Below are positions 1 to 13,637 of a DNA stretch of 64,000 bases, piece by piece. The notes below the pieces were generated by a model, which saw nothing but the letters and a program-made list of their open reading frames with translations, did no database searches and was not told the origin of the DNA. This DNA comes from Vairimorpha necatrix (taxonomy: Eukaryota), in NCBI GenBank assembly GCA_036630325.1, contig CP142729.1, forward strand, positions 806,001 to 870,000, written 5' to 3'. Position 1 is the first letter of the stretch. The number at the start of each line of letters is the position of its first letter. Position numbers and translations under genes: made by a program.

Positions 1-2211
1 GATTTCTAATAAAACACTAGTAGAATCTGATTCTATTTTCATTTAGATTAAAACCAATCCAAAATGTTTTTAGGTCTTTATTATCGTAAAAAATCTAATA
101 CTTCATTTTAAACTATAATTAATTTCATTTATGCGAAATTATTATACGCCATATAAAATGTGTAAACTTCGTGCTCTTCTTAATTTATACGTCAATATGT
201 TACATTATAGTAGAATTTGAATTATGGATTTTTATATTATAAATTATAAATTTTTTCTAGATTATTTATTTACCGGCAATAATTATATTATGGATATTTA
301 GCTTTGAAGTAACATATCAATACATTGAAATACGAAGAAGTGAGAAACAATAACAGAATGTACATAGTTGTTTGTCTAAACACCCTATCGGTTTCGGGCA
401 TTTAATAGGATGCTTAAACTTCCTATTTGAGTTCAGATTTATGTGGTTCGAGTTAAAAATCTTTCAGAAATAAAAATTACTGCAATATCTTTTTTATCTA
501 AATTTTTTTTTAGACATAAAGAGCCGATTCGATTATTTTTAAAAAAATATTTGTTTTAGAAACAGGATCAATTTACATTGTATTGTCCAGACAAACATAA
601 ACACCTTATGTTGGACTTCCAATATCTATTTACATATAACATTTATGCATTTTCTCATATTATAAAGTTTTTCTTGAATAAAGTAGTCATTATTCATCAT
701 ATAAAATCAATAATCGTGTAAGACACTCCCGTTACTAGTATTTTAATTCCCTTTGTACAACTCGACTTTCATCATCTATAATAAGACCTTTGCATCCTTT
801 TAAAAAATTTGAAATATCCTGGATAAATTTTCAATTTGTTACTTTCATATTTTTTTTATATAAGTATTATTGTTTTAATTTTTGATTATTGTTTTTTCTT
901 AATATTTTAAAAGTACACTAGCGTATGCATTCTTTTTTTTTTATAATGCTATAAACTTGATTCGTTTATCAGTTTTTTTTATATGGACTTCTACCTATGT
1001 TGGGTGAATTTAAAAAGGAAAGATCATGGATTCTAAAAAAGTTGAAATAACATCTAAGCAAAACTTAAATAGAAAATTAAATCATACCAACCTAATAACA
1101 ATAATAAGGTATCTTCTAAATGTTTTAGGTTCAATTGTTTTATACTAATTATACACATTTTTATGAGTAATATGTTTTCGTTTTTTTTGTGGAAATGTTA
1201 AAAAAATTCTAAAAAATGTCTTTATGATATATTGGATTTAAGTTTTACAAAAACATAATTCGAATAAAGATGTAATTAATATAATACATGCTCTTCGAAA
1301 AATCAGTTTGAGAATCTCAACTAGATTAAATCTTAATGACACAATAAGTATGAAGTTATAAAATTGGTGTGTTTTAAAACACGAAAAAAATAAAAACCAT
1401 TTAACATTATTGGTGTAATATAGTAGAAGTAGATATATAAAAAATATAATGCCATCATTGACTTTATAGCCACAAAAATGGGTTTGTATAAAAATAGAAA
1501 GTTTAATCAGAGTTTGTTAATCTGACATAGATGTGACTTATAGTAATAATGATCTGAAGGTGAAATGAATCCAAATGTATTATATCCCAATTTGTAAGTA
1601 CAAAAAACTATACATTAATGCCGATGCTTTTAAGTCTCATGATATGATGTATACCCCGGTCCCTACGAAATATATCATAAAATATATCATAGAACTCATT
1701 CAAAACGAATTAAAACATAAAATTTAAATTTAATTGATATATTACCGTACATAACGAATTGTCAATTACAAAATACAATTTGATGATTTAATATAAATAT
1801 ATCATTTCTAAATCTTTCTAAACTCATTAAATTTTACGTCTAGTAATACGTAGACCTTTTACAACAAAAAAATGATTTTATAAGTATATAAGCCAAGAAA
1901 AAAAAATATGATTAAGATAAATTTTAGTAAAAATATGCTAAACGAAGTTTTTATGTAGATTAGTATTATTATATTTGTTCGAGCAAATATCAATTAGAAA
2001 TAAACTCTATTAATAATGATTTTCATAAAAAATAAATAATGCATATTTCACGCTTGTAAATGACATGAGGTCTTTACAAAGACACATTATTATAAGATTC
2101 AAATTCAAACTTTTAAGTCATTACTTTAATAGTAATATATCAAAAAAAAAGAAGTGTTAAAGAAAAGTGTTTTTTTGTGTATTGAGAAAATATGTTACAC
2201 TAAGTATTTAT

Positions 2212-3609
2212 TCAATTTCTAAATCTTATGAGATGCAATTGAAGCATTTCCCTATCTTTATTACATACTTCTTCAAGTACTAACTTTCTACATGTTATGT
2301 CAACGTGATACATCTTATGATTTATCATCACAAATAATAAATCATCGTCAGTGATATATAGACACACGGGCATACGATGCTTGGAACTGAGTTTACTAGT
2401 AATTTGATAGAGTAGGAATGGATCATATAATTTTCTAGGGATTTTCAACAGTTTACCATCACATTTGTCAATTACTATTTCTTTTTTTGTGTGTTGATAT
2501 GTGTGTTCATTTTCTGCTAAAGAAATATTTCCATCTTCGACTGTCTTAAATTCGAAAGATTTTGATTTTATTGTCGTCGTTTTATTTTTTCTTTCTTCGT
2601 CGGCATAAAAAAATTCTTGAAAATATTCATTATGTTCGATAGTAGGAGGTACTAAGCAATTATTTATTTTCACGTCACAATATTCTTCCGAGCTCTGAAT
2701 ATAAATGTCTGAAGAAGACTCGCTTTCTTGTCTTGATCCATGAGATTCTTCGTGGTGTTCATTATCACAAGGGCGTCGCTTATGATACTTATCATTGTAT
2801 GAGTTTTTATCAATACAACATCTTTTTGTTTTAAAACATTGCTGTTTATAATCATAACTGCAGCACGGTCTTTTATTTAAATGACATCTACAATTTTTTT
2901 TACGATCATTGGTGCAAGCTCTCGGTCGTGTCTGTTTACAGCACAATCTCTTGTCAATGTAACAACATGAACCTTTATATCTTTCAATTTGACGGGGCGC
3001 TGATTCTAGAGTTAGAAAACACTTTTTGGATTCTGTCATTTTACCTTCATGATCTTTAATGTTACAGAATGATGTTGTTTCTTGCGTATTACAACACGAC
3101 ACGTGAGGTTGGCTTTTCAATGTAAAACCAGATTTGTTGACTAGCATCTGATTGCACGAGCATAGACTTTCGGCCCTTTTATCTGTACTACAACAGGTCT
3201 TGGATTCTACATTCTTTGCTCCGCAACATGATTTAGGTCTCTCTTCCTTTATAGCACAACATTCTTTGGTAGATTCACCTAGTATTTTAGGTCTACATGG
3301 ACAATCTCCTATGCACATTGCGTATTTACTACTGATTCTGTCTTTGATGTATGGGACAAGAGCTCCATTAGAATACAATACCATGGTCTCGGGGCAATCT
3401 TCCCACCCAAATACATAGGCCTTTTCAATGTTCATTTTATTCAATAAGTTTACCATGGCATTGATATTTGTAGAATTAGCTACAACCCCTCGTCTACCTA
3501 CAGCCTTACAAATATCTTCGGGTATTTGTTCGCATGTTCCTTCTGCAATGACAGCAGTAAATGGTCTTATTGTTTTAATGAAAACAATGAGCAAGTTCAT
3601 GAAAAACAT
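2212..3609 (-). CDS. EnP1: EnP1-like spore wall/anchoring disk protein (Cys-rich, secreted)
   Basis: 465-aa ORF with a hydrophobic N-terminus and a CCCC motif just before the ATG. Blocks MNIEKAYV..W...MVLYSNGAL.P...KY..C...CPC and VCLYI....LFV match my recollection of Encephalitozoon EnP1. Confidence 0.8.
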   Translation of the reverse strand: MFFMNLLIVFIKTIRPFTAVIAEGTCEQIPEDICKAVGRRGVVANSTNINAMVNLLNKMNIEKAYVFGWEDCPETMVLYSNGALVPYIKDRISSKYAMCIGDCPCRPKILGESTKECCAIKEERPKSCCGAKNVESKTCCSTDKRAESLCSCNQMLVNKSGFTLKSQPHVSCCNTQETTSFCNIKDHEGKMTESKKCFLTLESAPRQIERYKGSCCYIDKRLCCKQTRPRACTNDRKKNCRCHLNKRPCCSYDYKQQCFKTKRCCIDKNSYNDKYHKRRPCDNEHHEESHGSRQESESSSDIYIQSSEEYCDVKINNCLVPPTIEHNEYFQEFFYADEERKNKTTTIKSKSFEFKTVEDGNISLAENEHTYQHTKKEIVIDKCDGKLLKIPRKLYDPFLLYQITSKLSSKHRMPVCLYITDDDLLFVMINHKMYHVDITCRKLVLEEVCNKDREMLQLHLIRFRN

Positions 3610-3644
3610 ATTGGGGTTAAATTTTTTTCTTTATTTATAGTTTT

Positions 3645-3790
3645 ATTTGTTTGTTTAAATAACTTTTTAATCAACAAACTTAAACAATTTTACAATATTA
3701 CAAACAAACTCAAACAATATTGCAAACAAACTTAAACAATTTTACAATGGAACTTAAACAATATCGCACACAAACATAAACAATGAAACA
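3645..3790 (-). promoter_or_regulatory. Imperfect tandem repeats of (A)AACAAACTTAAACAAT upstream of EnP1
   Basis: About 5 degenerate copies, 40-180 bp upstream of the ATG. Confidence 0.5.
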
Positions 3791-4164
3791 AATTTATTAA
3801 TACAAAAGATTATAATGTAGATATAAATTTAACAGGACGAATATGACAAGTCATGTTTTTTAACATGATAACAAAAGTAAAATAAGTGATGTTATGAAAA
3901 AAGATGCCCATTACCAAGTTGATATTGTCGGTATTTATCCTTAATTCTATTTAAAGAAATTATTGTGCTAGTTGACAACACATATTTTAGTTAATTATTG
4001 AGTTCTGTATGTCTATGATATTTTAAGAATAAATTCCTGATGAATCTCCATTGTTGTAACTATATGTATGTTATTTTTGTACCATACAACACACAATGAA
4101 TGTTTATTGTTTATTTCGCATTATTTTTAATTTTTTAAAAGAATTAAAACAAAGAAATGATAGC

Positions 4165-7100
4165 TGTTGATAATTTTAAATATTTTATATGTAACCCCTA
4201 ATTTTTTATGGAGAATAACAATAAACATATTAACATGGTGGAGAATGAGATAGAACCCATGAATACAGAGATTAGTAGAGATAACATTATAAATGGGATA
4301 CGAAGGTTTGAGTTAATGTCCTTTTTTAAGAATATGGAGGACGAGAGAAAGATTGAGTGGATTATGAGTAGAGCCAGTTACGATTTAATCGACCGGCACT
4401 ACGAGACTATTGTGGGTCATAAAAAAATGACCTTTGTGAAATGGAGACAGTTGGCTTTAGAAGCATTCGGAAATAAAACATTGTCTTTTGCAAAACTGTA
4501 CCGAATGAAGCAGGACAAAGATGAAAGCATTAAACGATATATCATGAATGTAAAGTCTTCTTCACGGATATTTAAACTTAAAGAAGAAGAAGTAATTGAA
4601 ATTATTACAGGTGGGATAAGAGATGAACTTGGAAGAGTAAAAAATTTTTTGGAAATTAGTGGATCTTTGAATGAAAAAATTATTGATAAGTTGACAATCA
4701 TAGAAGAAGAATGTTTGGAAGAAAATATGAGAAAACAAGAAATGCAAGATTTACTGAAGAAACTTGAAAGTTTAAAAATCGAAACTACTAAACAAACCAT
4801 TAAATGTTACAACTGTCAAAAATTAGGACATATTGCAAGAAACTGTTGTATGGGAACCAATTATAATCAACAGGGAAGTAAGAAAGTGAATGAAATAAGC
4901 ACCGAATTATCAGACATTATTAAAAATAAAGAAAATTCAGGTTATTTTTATGGACAAGAGGTTCCTGTTACTTTTGACACTGGATCAACTTACAACTTTA
5001 TCAGTAACGCGGTAGCTGAAAAGTTTAATCTACCATTTCAATGGAATTCTAAAGAAATGATATTTAAGACCTGCCTTGAAGAGCTTTTTATTAAAACAAA
5101 CATACATTTATTGATTTAACGTATAAATACCAAGTTTATCGTTTTAAATTTTTTATTTTACCCAAAGTGAGAATCGAGAAAGTATTGATCGGGAAAAATG
5201 GGATGAGGGAGATGATGAAAATAGAAGATGAAGGATATGTGTGTGAAATCAAAACGGAACCAGGCAAAAAAGTTGTAGAACCCGTATATACATTGTCGAA
5301 GAACATGGAAGAAGGCGTTGGAATGGCGATTCAGAAGCTTTTAAGCAAGGGATACATTCAGGAGTCTAAGTCTACGTGGCTTAATAATATTCGGCCGGTA
5401 ATAAAACCAGATGGTTCCATTCGAGTGACTACAAATTTATTGGCGTTAAATAAACTAGTTGAACTTGACAGATATTCCCTCCCCAGAATAAACGAGATTT
5501 TATGTAATTTGCGTGGAATGATTTTTTTTTCAAATTAAATTTTTGAAAGAGATAGATTTAAAACAGCATTTAGATTTAAACATAGACTATACGAGTGGAA
5601 GGTAATGCCTCAAAGATATAAAAATTCTCCCGCAATATTCCAAAGGTTCATGGATTTTGCACTTAAAGAAGAAATAGGAAAGAGTTGTTTCTGTTACGTG
5701 GATGATATTTTAATTTTTGGCAGAAATGAAAAGGAACACGATGAGGCATATAAAAGAATTAGAGAAGCTTTGGATAGAAACAAGCTTAAAATAAACGAAG
5801 AAAAATCTAGTTTTAAACAGCGTGAAATCAACTTTTTAGGACATCATATAGAAGAAAATAGGATACTCCCATTAGTTGATAAGTTACAAGGAATAGAAGA
5901 TTTAAAATCACCAAAGGATAAGCAACAGCTACAGGAATTTTTAGGAACAATTAACTACTATAGAAAATTTATTAAAGACTGCTCCGGTATATGTAGTCCA
6001 CTGTATGAATTATTAAAAGACAAGAAACAGTTCATTTGGACAGAGGAAGAAGAGAAACTTTTTAGGAAGATCAACAAGATTCTCAAAATGAACACAGGAT
6101 TATTCCAGCCAGATTATACTAAAGATTTTATTTTGACAACGGACGCTTCTAAGTATGGAATCGCGGCAGTACTTAGTCAAATTATTGATAAAGAGGAGAT
6201 ACCCATTGCGTTTGCTTCTAGGAAACAAAAAGACCATGAAATTAATTACGGTATTAGTGAAAAAGAGTGTTTGGCTATGTTATGGGGCATGGAAAATTTT
6301 AATTACTTTTTATATGGAGCGAACTTTGAGGCAATAACAGATCATAAAGCATTAGAAGTGCTTAATAAAGGTGAAATTAACTCCCCGAGAATTCAAAGAT
6401 GGTTAGATAGAATGTCTAGATATTGCTTTAAAGTTACGTACAGGCAGGGCAAAGACATACCCCACGTAGATTGTTTAAGCAGAAATTTTGATTTCGTTGA
6501 AAATGAGGAAATAAAGGATGATAATAAACAAATAGAGGAAGACAAAGAAGACAGGAAGAATATTGAAAATAAAAATAACGAAGAAGAAGAAATTGAATTT
6601 AAGAAGATTAGGGTCGAAGAAAAAGAAATTGTGCGAGCTATTCATTTAGAACTATTACATAGAGGAAAACAATCATTAGAGTATGAAATTAGAAAAAGAG
6701 GACTCAAAATTAAAAATGTAGAAAAGCTAGTTAAAGAAGTAGTAAATGAATGTGAAATATGTTGTCAATACAATTCAAAAAAGAAAAAAAAGTTTATTTT
6801 TGTTACGGCATTCGAAAGAGGAGAAAAGGTTGAGGTGGATATAATAGGCCCAATAGGAAAGCAATATATCATATCAGCAATTGATTATTTTACTAGAGAA
6901 GGTTTTGCAAAAGTTCTTAGTTCAAGAAACGATGAAAAGGTAGTAAGTTTTATAGAAGATGTCAACGAAAAGGTCAAGATAAAAACACTTATATTAGATC
7001 AGTCAAAAGAAAATTTAAGTTCAAAGGTCGTCAACTTTTGTAAGCATCATAATATTGAGTTACATTATACATCTCCCTACCATCACCAATCCAATGGTAG

Positions 7101-7603
7101 AGTAGAGAGATTTAATAGGACACTACAAGATCTAATATTTAAGAATAAGGAAGACAGTTTTTTAAAAACGAAGTTAAAAAGAGCTATAGAGATTTACAAC
7201 AACACGTTTCATACTGGAATCTTAATGACACCCCAAGAAGCAACCTTTTAAATGTACAAGACAAATTAAGACAGATTCAAATTGAAAATATAATAAAATA
7301 CAATAAAAAGAATGGAAAAGGTGAGCAAGAACATTTTTTTAGACCGGGGGAGGTTGTGCTAATCAGACAAGAAGGAAATAGAGGAAAAGGTAGCCCTAAG
7401 TTTAAGGTTCGAGGATGTGTTTATAAAGCTTTAAAAAATAATGCGTTTATAATCAAGATAGGAAAAAAGAAAATAAAAAGACACGCTTCTCAGTTAAAGC
7501 TTTTAGTTGATGAGCCAATTTTGTAGAGGGGGATGTTGATAATTTTAAATATTTTATATGTAACCCCTAATTTTTATGGAGAATAACAATAAACATATTA
7601 ACA
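4165..7603 (+). mobile_element. Ty3/Gypsy LTR retrotransposon F, full length but disrupted
   Basis: LTRs 4165-4235 and 7534-7603 (TG..CA, differ by one T), TSD ATAGC, PBS TGGTGGAGAA (tRNA-Ala-like), PPT AGAGGGGGA. Motifs: CCHC knuckle, FDTGS protease, YVDD RT, TDAS RNase H, integrase. Confidence 0.95.
4208..7524 (+). pseudogene. gag-pol of element F, split by frameshifts, a small RT deletion and a stop
   Basis: ORFs 4208-5119, 5167-5538 and 5605-7251, plus an integrase tail after the stop at 7251. Confidence 0.85.
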
Positions 7604-7880
7604 ATAGCTATAGATCTGTGTACATATAATTATACGAGTTAGAAATTAAATTAAATAAGAAAGATACTACAAAATCAAATATTGATTCGATTTTGAAATT
7701 CAACATTGTAGAATCTCTTAATTAAACTTTAATCGGTACATGACCGTCTGAAACCTGCATTTTAAATTTAAAAAAGTAAATATAAAAAAAAATATATAAA
7801 GAGACTTTAAAATTTATTTTAAATCAACAAATAGATGATTATTTATACATCGGTTTGGGGTATTTTATAAGACAAAGGAG

Positions 7881-8190
7881 CTATAAAAGGTACTCAGAGT
7901 ATTGTCCTATTAATTCCATTCTTACTAAATATATCTCTTGAAACGAAAACAAATTCTTTATTGTTTGGTATTGTGTCTCGGGATCGTATAAGTAAACGAA
8001 ATTGACGACGTGGTTCATAGTCCTGTGCTTATCAGCGCGATTTATCTGTACAGCAACATATGTTCTCCATTGATCAGTAACCACAATAGAACATGATGAT
8101 ATATTATATTGCATTACCTCAAGGAGAAAAGCCGCATTTTTACAGCAAACAAAACAAGTAAGGCACCCGCCATTTATGCATTATTCAATT
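7881..8190 (-). pseudogene. Merlin/IS1595-like transposase remnant
   Basis: SIVVTDQWRTY...HRTMNH..NFV...QTIKNL resembles the ISXO2-type DDE C-terminus. Confidence 0.6.
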
Positions 8191-8295
8191 TTTTTAAATG
8201 TACTTTAATTTATTTCCATGTAAAAAACTCATCTGTTTTTCAAATTTTGGTTTTTTTTGTATAAAGAGTCTTTTCAATATTTCAATGCGGGTTCT

Positions 8296-11270
8296 GTGAC
8301 ACTGGCTGCCTCCCTGGCTGCTCGGTGTGTCTAAATATAAGTTTTTGTTAAACTGTTTATTGGTTTTAGATTCTCTCATGACTCGGTGAAGGGCTGAAAA
8401 TTAGTCCTTTTATGTTTAATTTTTAATTAATGTCAAAGTTGTCAAGAATAGGAGGGAAAAGCATTCTCTTAAGTGACTTTTCATATTATGGCATTATAGA
8501 TAAAAACATACACTTTCTGGTTCGTCTTTTGTTTGGCGACGGTGACGTATTTGTTTACGTCGCTGACTCGGCTCTAATTGAGATTTGACAGCCGAGTGAT
8601 TTCAGTTTAGAAGTTAGTTTTGATTTCGAGAGTCTCAGGAAGGTTGTCGTGTGACAGGTTCCAAACGGTAATGTACCAATTTTTCTTCTCCTTGTGTCTT
8701 TTGTTGATTACATTGACAAGGTTTACGACGTTAAGATATTGAACAATTGATTCGTTTTATTTGGGCCATTGATAGTTTCTTTTTATAGCATGAAGCATTG
8801 TATCTCTTCGACCATAGTTTGTAAGCTTTTTATATGCATCCTCAGGAAGCGCTGGCCTATCTTCGACTGGAGATAAGTTCTTTGTTTTTGTGTTATTTAA
8901 TTAATAATACTGTGTATCTTTAGAATCGATGAGCTCATCTTTTGAGCACTTCAAATCGTTAGTTCGGTTTGACGGTTCATAAGTTCTATTTAATACATCA
9001 GCCTCAATATTTTTTGTGCCTTTCTTGTAGTGTATCGGGGAACCAAATCTTTAAAGTTGTTACCCTATGTTCTAGTTTCATATTATAAAATATATGTTTA
9101 GTTTAGGAACTGTGTGGGCAGTGTATTTAATTATTAGTTTTAAACCAAGTCCAAGGATATAGTTTATAGTGCTATATCCCCAAGCCATTGCTAGATATTT
9201 TTCATAGTTAATAAGTATTTTATTTGCTTCAGGCAGTTTTTTTATCCCCAATCAATAGTCATAAGTTCACCAACTTTTAATTTTTAAAGGCCGCACTTGA
9301 TTCCGTTATTAGAAGTAATTATTGTAAGAACAATAAGTTTTGTAAAGTCTGTTACGTTTGTTGCTATGACAGAATTTATCTATAGTTTTATGTTGCAAAA
9401 TGCGTCCCACATTCTTCATTCCATTAAAATTAATCTTTGTTTAAAAGACCATCGAGTGCATCATATAATGGTTGCGAAATTGTTGCTAGCCGTACAAATA
9501 TTTTGTATGGTAATTAGCAAATCCTAGTTTTTTTTGTAGGTTTTTCAAATTTTTGGTATTTTAAAATCTAAAATCTTTCTCTGATGTTCTCTTTTTGGTC
9601 TTTGAGTTGACTCGTTGATCTTAGATGCCAAAAGTTTACTTTTGTACATTTATAATGCATTTTTTTCTACAACTTATTGTAGAACTTCTAAAAAGCTCTA
9701 ATCAGCTCTTTTTCGTGATCGCCATATACAATTATGTCGTCTATATAGGCCTTTTATTTAGTTTTCATGATATCGCATAAGATGTTGTCCATTATCTTAT
9801 GAAAAATTGCAGGTAAATTCTTAAAACCTTATGGTATTTTAGTACTTTGATACAAATTGTTCTTAAATAAAGGGATGTTTTAAATTTATCCTTAGGATCT
9901 TTTTTAATTTGGAAAATTTTATCCGTTAGGTTTAATACTGTGAAAATCTTTTTGCTCTGTGTCATATCGATAGTTTCATTTATTTTTGGGACCGAGTAAT
10001 TATTGTCCTCTACGATTTTATTTAACCATCTGTTGTAACAGATATTCTATATTTTCATCGGGGGGTTTTTACTGGGGGCATGATTGTATCATGGCTAGGT
10101 TGTCTTTTTATATAACTTGAATTTAATAGCTTTGTTTTTGCTTTTCAGTTACCTTTTATGCCCCATTTAGTATATTTATTTTTTTAACATTGACTCAGGT
10201 TGCTTCTTTTGTATTTATTGTGCCTAATATTTTATTAGAACCTTCTGATGGTTTACTTTAAATACTTTACAACCCTTCTTCTCAAGTTCACCTATCTCAT
10301 GTCTCAATTTTTTTACATTTACAATAGTTAGGGGTTAAATCAAAAGATGAACTGATTATTGGTCATAATGTTGAAGTTGGTCGTTATTTGGATGTTATAT
10401 AAGGTGCAGTTATTTCTACGTACTCTGTTAAAGGGGTTTCTTGTCCAAAGATATTAGTTTTAGTAGTCACTTTTATTTTGTTGTTAAGAAATCTCTTTTC
10501 TTCTACCAGCTTCCAACTAATTAAATTACAAATACTTCTAATATCTACTACTGCATATATTTTATCGCCCGCAATACACACTACCGTTGTCTTGACTTCT
10601 CCTAATGGTGTTTGTAGATTGCTAATTATAATTTTTAAGTACATATTTTGTTCTCTTCCGACATATTTGCGGATTCTTTTTTGCTTAATGCTAACCCTAT
10701 GAATTTTTATTTCCAATTTTCCATTTTTTCATTAAGTATTCTCTCCTCATTAATAATTCTATCTTATTTAAGTAATCCTCGAATAGATACTGGTTGAAAA
10801 AGTAGCCTCTAAATGTTACAAATCCTTCTATAATAAAATGTCCTTAAAATTATTTAATTAGCGATTTCTTTCTAATGCCCGAATCATAAGCAATAGTTAT
10901 AACTCTTGCTAGTCATTCTCTCACTGGTTCATTCAACTTTTGTCTAGCTTCTAGTAATTTAAAAAGTGTAATTTTTCTCTGTCATTTTTTTCAATTCCCC
11001 TTTTAGTTGCTTCATATTACATTTATAGATTTTTCTATTTGTGTAAGTAGAATTCGGGCCTCCCTCTCAAAAATCATAAGGAAAATTGATATCTTCGCCT
11101 TGTCTTGGATAATGTTATGGGATTTGAACTGTAACTCCAAATATTCCAAGTCTGCCTTGGCCTTAAAAATTCTGAATGTTAATCCTTTCATTTTCAGTTC
11201 CGCACCAGCTGCCACGTTGAAAGAGTTAACAAGCAAAAGGGTTAATTTTTTATATAGTATATAGACACCA
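8296..11270 (-). mobile_element. Heavily decayed Ty3/Gypsy element
   Basis: Remnant RT motifs FKNLPAIFHKIMD and YIDDI (about 9720-9830) and protease-like VVDIRSICNLI (about 10540). Boundaries are approximate. Confidence 0.7.
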
Positions 11271-13637
11271 ACCTAATATACAAAGCTCCACTATTTTAAT
11301 ACATTTGTAAATTTTTTTTAATTTTGAAAAATATTTAAATAATTCATATAATTGTGCATTTTTCCTAGATGTTAGATGTTGATAGCACTTATATTTAGGA
11401 GCGCTTATAATTTTGAATTTCAATTTCAAATACTAATAAGATAAATGCTTATAAAATCTTTTGATATACTACTATTCTCATACACATACCACTTCTTTAG
11501 CAAATATATTCTCGGCCAGTGCACTTAGAGTCTGCCCACGTATTCCTCTCTAGCATCTTTAGTGATCGTAATTCTAGTCTTTGTTTCAAAAGGAGATACA
11601 CCAACGCCTTTGTAGCGAAAAATATTGGATGTATGCTTCGAAAAAAAATTAATTTTTAGTTTTTTTTATCGTTCTTTAGTAGTAACTTGACCTTTTTTCA
11701 TCCTGTGTCTTCTCTAAAACTATTACATGATCATATTTATTTCCTAAAGTAAAAGAATAATATTTCTTAACTCTCCATTCACAACTATGGTAAGTCTATC
11801 CTGATTGAAATTTCAGCTTCTCCAATGTCCTTTCTTTTTTCTTCTTGTCAAATTATAAATACAGGGGATCGGGGTATTTTAAAATATTTAGATATTTTCG
11901 TACCGACTTTATTTCTGATCAATTAAAATAAGATCTTCTATACTTAGTCACGTATATATTTTTAACTTCGTGAAAGTAGATTATAACATGTTAAATGTTA
12001 TACATGTTAACCACATCTATTTGTCTTTTCATATAATCAAACTTCCATATTCGACCACATTTGTTGGATAATTCTCTAAGCATCTTTATGAGATTTACAG
12101 TTATGTTTTTTATTCATAAATATTAGAGTATATATTATTTTTACAAGATTTCTAAAGATACTTTATATACTTTTTTATCAATTTTTTATAGAAGTTCTAT
12201 TTCTTTATGAAGAATGTAATACTATAATGATTTTTTCTCTTTCATATGTTTATATGACTCGCCGATCTTGCTATTTACAGTTTTTAAGAAATGTATTGAA
12301 GTTCGGCCAATTCGGATGTTAACAAATCCTTTCGGAAATTTATCTAGTATAGAAAAATTTGGGCCTAAATTCTTAATTATGACAATATGAAACACCAACA
12401 AATAAATTTTTTTTTTAATGTGTATTTTACAAAGAGTAAAATAAAAAAGCAAATTATAGGTTATAATAATAAAAATCTCTTCAAATTATATTATATATGT
12501 CAAACTCGTCTCTATTACAGTATTTTAACTGGAGAATTCATTATTTTTATGTGTATAAATTTTAACGCAAAAGGTTCGTTTCCCGCCAATTTAGAAATTT
12601 TGTATCGATAGAATCACAACGTAAGAATTAAATTTAGACATTATAATGTTATTTGTAAAAAGCAAACCGAATATATTTGACATCATATTTTTTTTGACCC
12701 TTTAAGTATAAATTATTGGTTTGCAACAAATAGATAGAAGTAATATATTCATTGCATGGTGTCGTAGAATTTAGCGTAGGCGGATTTAAATTTTTTGATT
12801 CATGTTGAAATTTCAGTATAATATTTTGATTACAGATATATGATCTATATTTCGTGCTGTATGCTCTATGGACGTTCAATGAATATTTACTCATCATAGG
12901 TCTGTTAATGAAAATACGAACTCTATATATATATATTTATTTTGATTAATATGCTAACTTATGTTTTGCAAAAACGTGGGGTTATCCGATCACATTAGTT
13001 TTTGTTATTATGAGTTATTTTCTGCTTTTTATTTCAAATACATATGGTATAGATGATTAAATTGCTTTTTATAATTTATATTGTCCAGTTAATACCTGAA
13101 AAAAAAGTATTTTTGATGCTCTATCTTAAGTTTTATTTAATTTTAATTTCCTATGCGACCTTGCTAATCAAAAGAATTATTGATTACATTTTTCCATATT
13201 ACAACATGTCTATTTTCTACAAACTATAATTGGATCCACACATTTATCTTTGTTTACTATACGGATTACTTTTAATAGATTTGATAATAAAAAAAACTTT
13301 ATAATTATAAGTGTAGGAAGTGTAACACATGTCAAATCCGGCATTGGCCTTTCTGAGACATTTGACATGTTGTTCTTTAAATATTTTATAATAAATAAAC
13401 CTATGTTTTCATTCCAACAATAGGATTTATATGACATGGAAAATCGACTTTGAACATTCTAATTTTTTCTTATAAGTAAAAAGCAATCAAAGTTATCATA
13501 ATATTTTTTTAATACTCGTATGTTTGTTTTAAGAAATTTGTTTATTCAATTGTTTAAGTTTGTTAATTCACAGTGTTTTCTTGTAGTGTAAATAAACATG
13601 TAAAATATAAATAAAATTTTTATGAGGGTAAATAAAA

